Below the pieces are notes generated by a model. It ran no database searches and had not been told where the DNA came from. It was given only the letters and a program-made list of their open reading frames with translations. From the IMG/VR virus record IMGVR_UViG_3300037692_000302: DNA of 64,000 nt; one strand, given 5' to 3'. This DNA is from an uncultured virus (IMG/VR IMGVR_UViG_3300037692_000302) (taxonomy: Duplodnaviria > Heunggongvirae > Uroviricota > Caudoviricetes). A program made the translations under genes and the position numbers. Shown one piece after another: positions 1-8,392 of the stretch. Position 1 is the first letter of the stretch. The number at the start of each line of letters is the position of its first letter.

Positions 1-134
1 GTTGCGGCGGGACTGGCGGCCGTACAGCGCAGTGCGGTCCCCGAGGTGGAGTCCGGGGCGCAGGACGCCGCACACGCACGCACAGACACACACGCCCCGA
101 CATGGGCGCTCCCTCAACCGATCAAGGAGACCTG

Positions 135-329
135 ATGGACCAGAACCAACGCCGCGCCCGCCAGATCAACATGCGGAAGACCCCGCCCCTCCCGCGCATC
201 CGCACCGCCCCAGTCCCCGACTCCGTCCACGCCGACCTCAACGCCATCGACGCAGCCACAGACGACCCCGCAATCCGCGCCGCGACCGCCCGCATCCGCG
301 CCGCCCTCGGCGGGACCACCACCACCTGA
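135..329 (+). CDS. hypothetical phage protein
   Basis: AAGGAGA RBS before ATG at 135 (MDQNQRR...). Confidence 0.6.
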   Translation: MDQNQRRARQINMRKTPPLPRIRTAPVPDSVHADLNAIDAATDDPAIRAATARIRAALGGTTTT

Positions 330-402
330 CCCCCGCGCCGGGCCTTCACCGGCCCGGCGCCCGCACAGCGCCTCGATGGGCGCACAACCCGAAAGGCACC
401 CT

Positions 403-693
403 GTGACTACACCCACCGACGAACGCGATCGTCTCGCCGAGCAGCGGTCCATCGCCCTCGACTACCTCGACTCCCTCGACGGCCAGAAGATCACCGAAAC
501 AGACCGGCAGCGACTCCTGCGGATCCTCGACGACGGCCGCCTCAACGGACCCGTCTGCGGCAAAACCCAGGCCGTCGACGGCACCACCTACCCGCCCTGC
601 GCCCGCCCCGCCGCACACCACGAGGCCTACTGCCGCGACGCCACGCGCAACGCCTACTTCATCGCCGCTGGGCAGACCGACGCCCCTGCCTGA
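403..693 (+). CDS. hypothetical protein, Cys/His-rich C-terminus
   Basis: GAAAGG RBS then GTG; C..C..H..C pattern. Confidence 0.6.
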   Translation: MTTPTDERDRLAEQRSIALDYLDSLDGQKITETDRQRLLRILDDGRLNGPVCGKTQAVDGTTYPPCARPAAHHEAYCRDATRNAYFIAAGQTDAPA

Positions 694-708
694 CCTCCGG
701 AGGAACCC

Positions 709-969
709 ATGACCCACACCCGAGTCCACGTCTACGTCGAGTTCGCGAACCCCTACCTGCAATGCGGCCTCTGCCACGCATGGATCACCGGCTGGCACAA
801 CCCCGACAAGTGCGGCTGCAACGGCCACCTCTGGAACCAGCCCTGCGGCCACGAAGCCGAACTCAAGGACGCCTGCCCGTCGTGGTCTCCGGTCGACGGC
901 TGCACCTGCCTGCAAGTCCTCGGCTCCGTCGACCACGCCGAGCCGCCCGCGAAGGAGGCGCAGCGATGA
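709..969 (+). CDS. Cys-rich hypothetical protein
   Basis: GGAGGA RBS; multiple CxxC/CxC motifs. Confidence 0.7.
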   Translation: MTHTRVHVYVEFANPYLQCGLCHAWITGWHNPDKCGCNGHLWNQPCGHEAELKDACPSWSPVDGCTCLQVLGSVDHAEPPAKEAQR

Positions 970-1033
970 CCGACCGCCACGACCCCGAACCCGACGACGA
1001 AGACAACGAGCCCTGGTGCGCCGTACCGCGCCC

Positions 1034-1210
1034 ATGACCGGGCAGCTCGCCCTCGACGACTGCACGCCCGACTGGACTGCGGCCGAACCGCAACCGCAGC
1101 GGCAGTCCGCCGGCACCCGCTACTACCCCAGCGTCCTGAGCGACCTCCGAGGCCAACGCCTCCGCACCAGACGCATCGTCACGATCCCGACCATCGGGGA
1201 GTACCTATGA
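1034..1210 (+). CDS. hypothetical protein
   Basis: ATGA overlaps at both ends. Confidence 0.5.
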   Translation: MTGQLALDDCTPDWTAAEPQPQRQSAGTRYYPSVLSDLRGQRLRTRRIVTIPTIGEYL

Positions 1211-2334
1211 CCCGCGAGCACACGCCGAAACCCGGCGCCACCTGGGACCGCCCCCGCACCGAGGTCGTCATCCCCGACGACGCACCCGACCCCCGACCCG
1301 GCCGCGCCGAACGACGCGCCCTCGCCCGCGCAGCACGAAGGGATCAACCGGTGACCAAGCAGCCGCTCCCGTCGATCAACGCCCGCGACATCCGCGGCCA
1401 CTGCCCGGCCTGCGGGCATCCCACCCTGCAAGTCGGCGAGGGTGGACACCTCGTGTGCGTGCTGATGGACTGCCCGAAACCCGAGGCCGCAGACGAACTA
1501 CTGCACGGCGTACCCGCGTGCAACGCGCCCGGCCCATGGGGCGACGCACACACCTGCCAGCTCCCGGCTGGGCACCGCGACGACCACAAGGCACACGACG
1601 GCTGCGGCTGGGTTGACGAGCAAGCCGCGGCACAGCATCCCGAGCCGGTCACCACCGAGCCCGCCTCGAACGACTGGCCGTCCCGCCGTGCCGGACTCCG
1701 CGACGACATCGCCGCCGCCCTCGAAGCCGCCGACTACAGCGGCAACATGCGACGCGGCGACCTCGCCGACGCGATCATGCCCGTCTTCTACCGGGCATGG
1801 CCGTGGCTCCAAGCCGAAGCCGAAGACGCCGTTGACATCGCCCGACTCCGCGCAGACAAGACCGCACTCCAAGCCGCACTCACCGACACCTTGACCGTCC
1901 GCCGCCAGCACATCGGCCGAATCACCCGACGTGCCGCAGAACTCGAAGCCGAACGCGACCGCCTGGCCACCGAACTCCGCTGGTACGCCGAAGCCGAGAG
2001 TGCCGACGCGGCGGCCGGCTCCTACGCACTGCGCGCCGAACACGCCGAGCAGCAACGCGACCAACTGGCCGACACCCTCCGCCAGGTCCTCGCCAAGTTC
2101 CATCCCGTCCACACCGCAGACCGGCGCACCGTCAAAGGACACACGGCCCGGGTCACACCCGCCGACCACGAGCGGTGGACCGCCATGCTCGGCCAGCAGC
2201 CCGAGCCGAGCCCGGCCGCCGCCATCGAAGTCCGCGACCCACGCCCCCGCTGCGAGGGATCGCCGACACTCATTCCACGCCAACTGATGGCCGACCACAT
2301 GCGCGACACCCACCCCGAGGAGCAGCAGCCGTGA
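1207..2334 (+). CDS. mosaic hypothetical protein with Zn-ribbon-like and coiled-coil segments
   Basis: CPACG...C...C motif; long ORF; coupled to neighbours. Confidence 0.65.
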   Translation: MTREHTPKPGATWDRPRTEVVIPDDAPDPRPGRAERRALARAARRDQPVTKQPLPSINARDIRGHCPACGHPTLQVGEGGHLVCVLMDCPKPEAADELLHGVPACNAPGPWGDAHTCQLPAGHRDDHKAHDGCGWVDEQAAAQHPEPVTTEPASNDWPSRRAGLRDDIAAALEAADYSGNMRRGDLADAIMPVFYRAWPWLQAEAEDAVDIARLRADKTALQAALTDTLTVRRQHIGRITRRAAELEAERDRLATELRWYAEAESADAAAGSYALRAEHAEQQRDQLADTLRQVLAKFHPVHTADRRTVKGHTARVTPADHERWTAMLGQQPEPSPAAAIEVRDPRPRCEGSPTLIPRQLMADHMRDTHPEEQQP

Positions 2335-2594
2335 CCGCCTGGACACCGCCCCCGCCCGGCAGCGACCGCGACAAACTCCCCGACCACCTGCTCGCCCTGA
2401 TCGCCGACCGCATGCGGCCCTACCTGTCCACCGCATGCGAAACCGCGGCAGCCCTCGAAGCCGCCGGCCCTGCGAACCCCGGGCACGGTGACGAACTCCG
2501 GCAGTGGGCCGAACGCGAACACGCCTCCTGCCGCCTCACCCGCAAACAGGACATGGCGCCGTGCAGCTGCCCGCATCACCGGGAGCAGCCGTGA
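2331..2594 (+). CDS. hypothetical protein
   Basis: GTGA overlap; C-terminal CSCPHH. Confidence 0.6.
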   Translation: MTAWTPPPPGSDRDKLPDHLLALIADRMRPYLSTACETAAALEAAGPANPGHGDELRQWAEREHASCRLTRKQDMAPCSCPHHREQP

Positions 2595-2779
2595 CCATCG
2601 AAGGCTGGGACGAAGACGACGACTGCACCGGGGACTGCTGCACCGAACCCGCGCGTCGGCCGCCGGACAGACCGAGGCTGCTCGCCCGCATCCGGGCCGT
2701 ACTGCGCGAGCGGCCGTCGTTCCGTCGTCAGACCCGGCCGCTACCCTCGGCGGCCCGAGGCGTCAACTCACCGCCCTGA
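2591..2779 (+). CDS. hypothetical protein
   Basis: GTGA overlap; ends just before a terminator-like hairpin. Confidence 0.5.
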   Translation: MTIEGWDEDDDCTGDCCTEPARRPPDRPRLLARIRAVLRERPSFRRQTRPLPSAARGVNSPP

Positions 2780-2794
2780 GTGCTCGGACCGTCT

Positions 2795-2821
2795 GAAGCC
2801 CCGACATCCCGTCGGGGCTTC
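2795..2821 (+). terminator. intrinsic terminator-like hairpin
   Basis: GAAGCCCCGAC-ATCCC-GTCGGGGCTTC perfect stem. Confidence 0.7.
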
Positions 2822-3064
2822 GGTCATGTCGCAGGGCGGAAACGCTGAAGGCCGGGCCCGTACGAGGGAGCCACCCTCTAGGCCCGGCCGTGCGAGGTTT
2901 CCCAACCCGTGTCCAGCACGCACAGTCCAGCACGGGCGCGCGGTCTCCGCCAGAAACCCCTACGGGCAGGGGATCCTGCCGTTGTCGGACCTGCGGCGTA
3001 CGATCGTCCCGCGTCCCCGGTTCGTCTGGCTGGCCTCCGGGACGCGCTACTCCGCACAACGCGA

Positions 3065-3093
3065 AGACCCCCGTCATCCATCGACGGGGGTCT
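3065..3093 (-). terminator. intrinsic terminator-like hairpin
   Basis: AGACCCCCGTC...GACGGGGGTCT just after the minus-strand operon. Confidence 0.7.
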
Positions 3094-3109
3094 CGCTGTA
3101 TTCCGGCGA

Positions 3110-3526
3110 CTACGGGCGCCACGCCTCCTGGTAACCGGGCCGGTCCGCGTACGGGAGCGCAAGCATGGGCAGCAGGAAGTCTTGGTACTCCTCGGTCACA
3201 TCGCCGATCAGGTCAGCCTCCTTCGAGGCGGCGCGTAGCTCCTCGTACCGCGCAAGGATCTCCCGTTTCGCGTCGATCTCCCGCAGCACCCGAGCCGGAT
3301 CATGCTCCGCGACGTGCGGGCCCACGCCGTCAGCGTCGGCGTTCTCCGGGGTCACCGCCACGACGCCATCGCCCAGGTAATCCACGACGGTGTACCGCTC
3401 GTAACTCGCCCGGGGTGGGCGGGCGGTCCATACAGCTGACTGGTCGTCCCAGCATGCGGCGTGCGCGATCCGCTCGTCGGTGTTCAGCTGCTCGCCGAGC
3501 CACTGCACCAGATCCACACCGCTCAC
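3110..3526 (-). CDS. DUF6221-family protein
   Basis: HDPARVLREIDAKR...LALPYADRPGYQEAWRP signature. Confidence 0.8.
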   Translation of the reverse strand: MSGVDLVQWLGEQLNTDERIAHAACWDDQSAVWTARPPRASYERYTVVDYLGDGVVAVTPENADADGVGPHVAEHDPARVLREIDAKREILARYEELRAASKEADLIGDVTEEYQDFLLPMLALPYADRPGYQEAWRP

Positions 3527-3885
3527 CGCTCCCACCCCGCTCCCTCGTCGCCGTCCATCCAGACGTAGTACTCGCTGCCCCCACCGCTCGTATGCCGCCC
3601 GTGATAGCCGCGCTCCTGGCAGTACACGCGGTCCGCCATCGGGTCCTCCCGGAACGTCGCCGCACACGGGGCGTCGGCCGGATACTCCTCGGCCTCCTGC
3701 CAGCCCGGCTCCTCGACCGTCCCACTCTGCGTCGGCGGCATGCCCTCGCGGCGCGCGGCCAGGTACGCCTTGAAGTCGTCGATGGCCTGCCGGTCGCCGG
3801 GGGTGAGGCGGACGTTCGGGTTGTTGCCGCAGCGCGGGCCCACCGTCGCCGCCTCGTCTTGCGTCAGATCGTCCACGCCGCTCAC
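3523..3885 (-). CDS. hypothetical protein
   Basis: GTGA overlaps with neighbours. Confidence 0.6.
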   Translation of the reverse strand: MSGVDDLTQDEAATVGPRCGNNPNVRLTPGDRQAIDDFKAYLAARREGMPPTQSGTVEEPGWQEAEEYPADAPCAATFREDPMADRVYCQERGYHGRHTSGGGSEYYVWMDGDEGAGWER

Positions 3886-4148
3886 TCCTCCGCCTCGGCG
3901 GCACGGTGGGCTGCCGTCTTCCAGTCCGGATCATCCCGGGGCGCCTCCATGAGTCCGGCAGCGACAGCCGCACGCACCCACTCCCGCGCCTCCCGGATCA
4001 GCGCCTCCGGGTTGTCCTTGCCGAGCGTCAGCCAATCGGCGCGGGTGCCGCCCGTACGCATCCGCCACGCGGCCTCGGCGAGATGCCGGACACGCGGATC
4101 GGAGGCGTAGTGGACGTTCAGCGCGGGCCTGGCGTCGAGATGTGCCAT
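3882..4148 (-). CDS. hypothetical protein
   Basis: AAGGAGA RBS; coupled to downstream gene. Confidence 0.65.
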   Translation of the reverse strand: MAHLDARPALNVHYASDPRVRHLAEAAWRMRTGGTRADWLTLGKDNPEALIREAREWVRAAVAAGLMEAPRDDPDWKTAAHRAAEAEE

Positions 4149-4213
4149 GCGGGTTCTCCTTCGTTGCGGCGCCCGGCAACGCTACCGAGCGGCAGGGTGG
4201 TGGTCGGCCAGAG

Positions 4214-4768
4214 TCAGTCGCCGCTGCGGGGAGCCCGACGGTTCTCTCGCTTGCGGAAGTAGTCTGCGACCGGGGCCCACGGGAAGAGCCACATGTGCGC
4301 GAGGAAGCGCCACTCGCTACGAGGCACAGGCCACGCCGGGTCCCGCTCGGCCAGCTGCATGACGCGCTGACGACTCATGCGCTCCTCGATCCCCTCCGCG
4401 ACCAAGCGCCGAGCGATCTGGGAGACGTTGAGCCATTCCTCTTCGTGCGCCTCCTCCACCCCGAGGTGCCTGGCTCCGCTCGCCGACACGAGCATGGGGG
4501 AAGCGGTGCGGGAGAGGTTGTGTAGCGGGCCCTCGCCCTCGATGGCCTTGACCTCTGCGTCCGCAGCCTCGGGGCGGCTGTCGAACCACTCAAGGGTGTG
4601 GCGGTCCACCTCGGGCCACCAGGTGAGTGTCTTGTCTCGGGAGTGGTCGCCGAAGCGGGTCTTCGGGTTCTTCGTGATGCCGACGTACAGCAGGCGGTCG
4701 CTGGCGTCGTAGAACCGGTAGAGCACTGTGCGCTGCGCGGTCTGGTCGGTCTCGTTCGGTACAGTCAC
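4214..4768 (-). CDS. GIY-YIG nuclease-family protein with C-terminal HTH-like region
   Basis: LYRFYD..DRLLYVGIT...RF..H..K..WW; AE..AI...P.HN. Confidence 0.8.
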   Translation of the reverse strand: MTVPNETDQTAQRTVLYRFYDASDRLLYVGITKNPKTRFGDHSRDKTLTWWPEVDRHTLEWFDSRPEAADAEVKAIEGEGPLHNLSRTASPMLVSASGARHLGVEEAHEEEWLNVSQIARRLVAEGIEERMSRQRVMQLAERDPAWPVPRSEWRFLAHMWLFPWAPVADYFRKRENRRAPRSGD

Positions 4769-4838
4769 CGAAGCGCCTCTCTCTTGCTTGGGTCGGGTTG
4801 CTCACGGCCGGACGGTCTTACTCACCGTCCGGCCGTTC

Positions 4839-5165
4839 TCATTCCTCGGCGGGCGTACCACGCCCGTCCGTGTTCTCGCCGCGCTTCCGGCGGACGCTGC
4901 CGCTCAGCCCTACGGCGATCGCCTGAGCCCGTTGGGCGCTGACGCCTAGCAGCGCGCCGATCTGCGGCCACGTCTTGCCCTGCGCCCGCAGCGCCTGCAC
5001 GCGCTTCTGCCGAACCTCACGAAGCCACTTCTGGTACTGCGGCCACTCGTCGAGCGTTTCCGCCACGGCCTTGGCGCACTCGACGTCGTCCTCGATGGCC
5101 TCGATGGCTCGGATGGCTTCCACTAGGCGGTTCACCTCCTTGTTCCGTTCGGGCCCATCTGTCAC
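4839..5165 (-). CDS. small HTH DNA-binding protein (probable repressor of the divergent operon)
   Basis: GKTWPQIGALLGVSAQRAQAI helix-turn-helix; AGAGAGGAG RBS. Confidence 0.75.
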   Translation of the reverse strand: MTDGPERNKEVNRLVEAIRAIEAIEDDVECAKAVAETLDEWPQYQKWLREVRQKRVQALRAQGKTWPQIGALLGVSAQRAQAIAVGLSGSVRRKRGENTDGRGTPAEE

Positions 5166-5203
5166 GCCGCGCTCCTCTCTGCGGTGCGACACGCACAGTC
5201 TCT

Positions 5204-5237
5204 CATCCCCGGGGTTGCGAACTCAACCCCGGGGATG
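5204..5237. promoter_or_regulatory. 14-bp perfect inverted repeat, putative operator
   Basis: CATCCCCGGGGTTG-N6-CAACCCCGGGGATG between divergent genes. Confidence 0.65.
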
Positions 5238-5360
5238 CGACAGTGGGTACCGCGAGGCCGCTCCCTCGGTCTTGTGCTCAACAACGAAGGCCCCGGTCGG
5301 AGCTCTCACACTGCCGACCGGGGCCGGACCCACCCACACCGTGACGAGGAGCAGGCCCTG

Positions 5361-5438
5361 ATGGGACACGCTACCGACCAGCCCCCTGAGCAGCACAGCC
5401 CCGCGCCGTGGCCCGGCGACTCGGCGGGTGCCCGATGA
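5361..5438 (+). CDS. 25-aa micro-ORF
   Basis: GAGGAG RBS; ATGA overlap with next ORF. Confidence 0.45.
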   Translation: MGHATDQPPEQHSPAPWPGDSAGAR

Positions 5439-5548
5439 GCGATCACTCCCGCCCCGCCGAGGGCACCCCGCAACCCCTCCCCGCGCCCGCGCCCCGCCCG
5501 CCCGCGCAGGACACCCTCCCGCGACGCACCCCTGGAGGCTCCCTGTGA
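5435..5548 (+). CDS. 37-aa Pro-rich micro-ORF
   Basis: ATGA and GTGA overlaps at its two ends. Confidence 0.5.
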   Translation: MSDHSRPAEGTPQPLPAPAPRPPAQDTLPRRTPGGSL

Positions 5549-5679
5549 GCTACGAAGGCCCCACCTGCACCGGATGCGGCGGCCAAGGCGGCTACCCCGA
5601 AACAACCCCTCTCCCCGACGGCGGCCACAACACCATCTTCCGCACCTGCACCACCTGCGGCGGAAGGGGCACCCAGTGA
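5545..5679 (+). CDS. 44-aa CxxCxGxG zinc-finger micro-protein
   Basis: CTGCGGQG...CTTCGGRG; GGAGG RBS. Confidence 0.65.
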   Translation: MSYEGPTCTGCGGQGGYPETTPLPDGGHNTIFRTCTTCGGRGTQ

Positions 5680-5777
5680 CCTGCTGCGGCCAACCCATGC
5701 AACCCCAAGGCCAGCAACTCGTCTGCGGGAAATGCGGCGCCTGGTACGACCCCGGCACCAGCGGAAGCACCCGATGA
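5676..5777 (+). CDS. 33-aa Zn-ribbon micro-protein
   Basis: CCGQPM...CGKCG; coupled to neighbours. Confidence 0.6.
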   Translation: MTCCGQPMQPQGQQLVCGKCGAWYDPGTSGSTR

Positions 5778-5875
5778 ACCAGTGCGCCCGCTGCGGCGGA
5801 TGGTTCGGCCTCACCTCCTGGATGTGCGACGCCTGCCAACAACTCACCCACCACCTGTACGGAGGCGGCCACTGA
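5774..5875 (+). CDS. 33-aa CxxC..CxxC micro-protein
   Basis: MNQCARCGGWFGLTSWMCDACQQLTHHLYGGGH; ATGA and TGATG overlaps. Confidence 0.6.
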   Translation: MNQCARCGGWFGLTSWMCDACQQLTHHLYGGGH

Positions 5876-6072
5876 TGGCCTGGTTCCGCCGCACCGAGCA
5901 GTCCACCCGCAACTACCCCGCCGCCGGAACCAGCATCACCGGAGACACCGGACGCTTCCGCCGGGCCAAAACCAGCGGAGCCCGACAAGCCGGCGCCGAA
6001 GCCGAAGCCTGGGAACAAGCCGACCGCGCCCGCGACCGACGCGGCACCGGCTGGCGCATCACCCGCTGGTAA
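5875..6072 (+). CDS. hypothetical protein
   Basis: GGAGG RBS; TGATG coupling. Confidence 0.6.
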   Translation: MAWFRRTEQSTRNYPAAGTSITGDTGRFRRAKTSGARQAGAEAEAWEQADRARDRRGTGWRITRW

Positions 6073-6115
6073 CCACCCGACCAATGCAGCCGACCACAAC
6101 CAGAACCGAGGCCCC

Positions 6116-6301
6116 GTGGACAAGAACACCAACATCCAAAACGCCGTCAACGCGGTAGCCGTAGCCACCCAAGCCATCAACGACTACGGCCACAACTCAC
6201 CCCAAGCCCAAGGCGCACTCCAAGCCGCCCACGACACCGTCACCACCGCCCGCAACCACGGCGCCACCGACGACGACATCCGGGCAGCACGCCCCCAGTA
6301 A
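6116..6301 (+). CDS. hypothetical protein
   Basis: GAGG RBS; coding-like codon usage. Confidence 0.55.
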   Translation: MDKNTNIQNAVNAVAVATQAINDYGHNSPQAQGALQAAHDTVTTARNHGATDDDIRAARPQ

Positions 6302-6372
6302 CGCAGCCCCCAAGCCCCCGCCGCCGCGCACATCCCCCAGCGCGGCGGCGGGCCCACACCCCGGAGAACTGC

Positions 6373-6612
6373 ATGCACACCGCCATCGCCACCCTCGCCT
6401 GGATCGCCGGCCTCATCGCCTTCGCCCTCACCGCCGCGCCCGCCATCCGGGCGCGCACCCGCCGCGCCTACAACCAGGCCGCCGACACCCTCGGCCGATA
6501 CACCCGCCTCGCCTGCCCCCACTGCCCGCTGATCTTCCGCTACCGCGGCGTCGGTCCGGCAGAGGACCGCCGGTTCCGCCAGTACATGGACGACCACACC
6601 GCCAGCCACTGA
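6373..6612 (+). CDS. small membrane protein with C2H2-like C-terminus
   Basis: N-terminal TM segment; CPHC...H...H. Confidence 0.65.
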   Translation: MHTAIATLAWIAGLIAFALTAAPAIRARTRRAYNQAADTLGRYTRLACPHCPLIFRYRGVGPAEDRRFRQYMDDHTASH

Positions 6613-6651
6613 CCCGCCCGACCCGACCAGCCGCACCCGGAGGAGCAGCAC

Positions 6652-7731
6652 GTGAAGACCCTGACCTGGGGACAGAAGACCGTTCTCGCCCTGGCCACCC
6701 TCCCCATGATCGGTGCGGGTGGACTCGGCGCATGGGGCACCTACGCCAACATCACCAGCGTCTTCCACCGCTCCGCCACCGCCCTCGGAGTCGTCGCTGC
6801 CGGCGAAGGCGCCACCCTCGTCCTCGCCCTCGTCCTCGTCGGCCTGACCATGCTCGGCCAGCCGTCACCCCTCGCCGTCCGCGCCGGCCTATGGATGCTG
6901 CCCGCAGCGGCCTCCGTCGTCGGCGTCCTCGTCGCGCCCGGGGTGAAGGACGCGGTCGTGTTCGCGATCACCCCCATGGCCATGACCGTGTCCGCCGAAG
7001 GCCTCGGCCTCCTCGCGCGCCGGATCGTCGTACACACCACGGGCGTCGACGTCGAGGCGCAGCGCCGAAACGCGGCCACCCTGCGACGGATCGCTTACCA
7101 CCGGGCGCGGGCCGAACGGCACCCGGACAAGAAGGTGCGCAAGGCGTCGGCTCTCAAGGCGTGGAAGCTCATGAGCCACGTCGGCGCCGGCGATGCGGCT
7201 CTCGGCTCAGGGCTCGTCGGCGTACAGCGGGAACGGATCACCGAGGGCGCAGACGCGGCTCTCGTCGACATGCTCACCGGCCGTCCGGCTCTGCCTGAGC
7301 TGCCCCCGGCTCAGCCCGACGTGAGCCCTGAGCCCGAGCCGGTTGAGCCTGAGCCGGTCGACTACGAGACGACGGTCAACACCGCGCTTCCCGTCATCGG
7401 CAGCGAGCCGCGCCCCATGTTCGCTGACCCCGCGCAACTCCGCATGCAGCTCCCTGACCAGGCAGTCTCACGTGAGCCCGTCTTGAGCCCGGCTGAGCCG
7501 ATGACCGTGAGCCGCGCTGAGCCGAGCCCTGAGCCCGCCCGTGAGCCCGACGAGCCGGAGGCCGACGAGATCGAGCAACAGATCTCCCAACTCGCCTCCC
7601 GGCTCAGGGGCGGCGAACGGCTCACCAAGACCACCGCGGCTCAGCTTCTCGGCGTGAGCCAAGCCACCGCCGGCCGACGGCTCAAGGAAGCCAAGGGCCG
7701 CATCGGAGACGGAACGGGGCAGTACCTGTGA
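6652..7731 (+). CDS. multi-TM membrane protein with Pro/Glu linker and C-terminal HTH (SpdB/DUF2637-like)
   Basis: About four N-terminal TM segments; LTKTTAAQLLGVSQATAGRRL HTH; architecture resembles Streptomyces plasmid spread proteins. Confidence 0.7.
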   Translation: MKTLTWGQKTVLALATLPMIGAGGLGAWGTYANITSVFHRSATALGVVAAGEGATLVLALVLVGLTMLGQPSPLAVRAGLWMLPAAASVVGVLVAPGVKDAVVFAITPMAMTVSAEGLGLLARRIVVHTTGVDVEAQRRNAATLRRIAYHRARAERHPDKKVRKASALKAWKLMSHVGAGDAALGSGLVGVQRERITEGADAALVDMLTGRPALPELPPAQPDVSPEPEPVEPEPVDYETTVNTALPVIGSEPRPMFADPAQLRMQLPDQAVSREPVLSPAEPMTVSRAEPSPEPAREPDEPEADEIEQQISQLASRLRGGERLTKTTAAQLLGVSQATAGRRLKEAKGRIGDGTGQYL

Positions 7732-7734
7732 GCC
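7172..7734. repeat. cluster of 20 TGAGCC/GGCTCA hexamers
   Basis: Counted by eye; both orientations and several codon phases. Confidence 0.8.
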
Positions 7735-7898
7735 TCTTCGCCGCCGCCTGCCCGATAGCCGCGCTCCTCGCCGCAGTCGGCCTCCACCACTACGCACCCC
7801 GCCGCGCCCCGTTGCTGTACCTCGGGCCGGCCGCCTGCACCACCGCCCTCATCGCCATCGCAGCCGCCTACGTCGCGGCCCTCTGGAGCCACACGTGA
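7728..7898 (+). CDS. small two-TM membrane protein
   Basis: Hydrophobic; GTGA overlaps at both ends. Confidence 0.6.
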   Translation: MSLFAAACPIAALLAAVGLHHYAPRRAPLLYLGPAACTTALIAIAAAYVAALWSHT

Positions 7899-8392
7899 AC
7901 ACCTACAGCGTCGTCTCGCTCGGCGCCGTCGTCGTCGGCCTGTCCATCACTGCCTGGTACGTCACGACCTGGTGGGTCGGCAGCAAGAAGCACAGCGCGA
8001 AGGAGCTGCTTCCGTTCATCGCGTTCTCCCTGTACGGGATGCTCCTGATCCTGACTGCTGGGGGCATTCTCGGCGGCCTCGCCGGATGGGCCCTGTGGGG
8101 ATCGTCGCAGGTCGGAGACGCAGCGCTCCGGTACGGGGTGGGTGCGGGAACGCCGGACGTCACCCGGCATTCGAGCCTGGTTCTGACCGACGGGGGAGCA
8201 GCCACAGTGATCGTGATGACGGTGGTCCTGTGCGCCGTCTGGTACAAGCGGCGGCGCCTGCACGTCGAGTACGCGCTCGGTGTCGTCAACGGGATCACCC
8301 TCGGTCTCGCGTCGGGTGTCGCCGGGGTCGCAGCCACAGTGCTCGGGCCCGTGGTGAACACGGGCGGCGACTGGATTGTGGGGCTGATGTGA
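7895..8392 (+). CDS. multi-TM membrane protein
   Basis: About four hydrophobic segments; coupled. Confidence 0.75.
   Translation: MNTYSVVSLGAVVVGLSITAWYVTTWWVGSKKHSAKELLPFIAFSLYGMLLILTAGGILGGLAGWALWGSSQVGDAALRYGVGAGTPDVTRHSSLVLTDGGAATVIVMTVVLCAVWYKRRRLHVEYALGVVNGITLGLASGVAGVAATVLGPVVNTGGDWIVGLM

Noticed and set aside
2826..3134. 102-aa plus-strand ORF
   Set aside because: No RBS, atypical composition, and it runs through a terminator into the convergent gene
7172..7734. CRISPR array
   Set aside because: Repeats are 6 bp, irregularly spaced, in both orientations and inside a CDS; no cas genes
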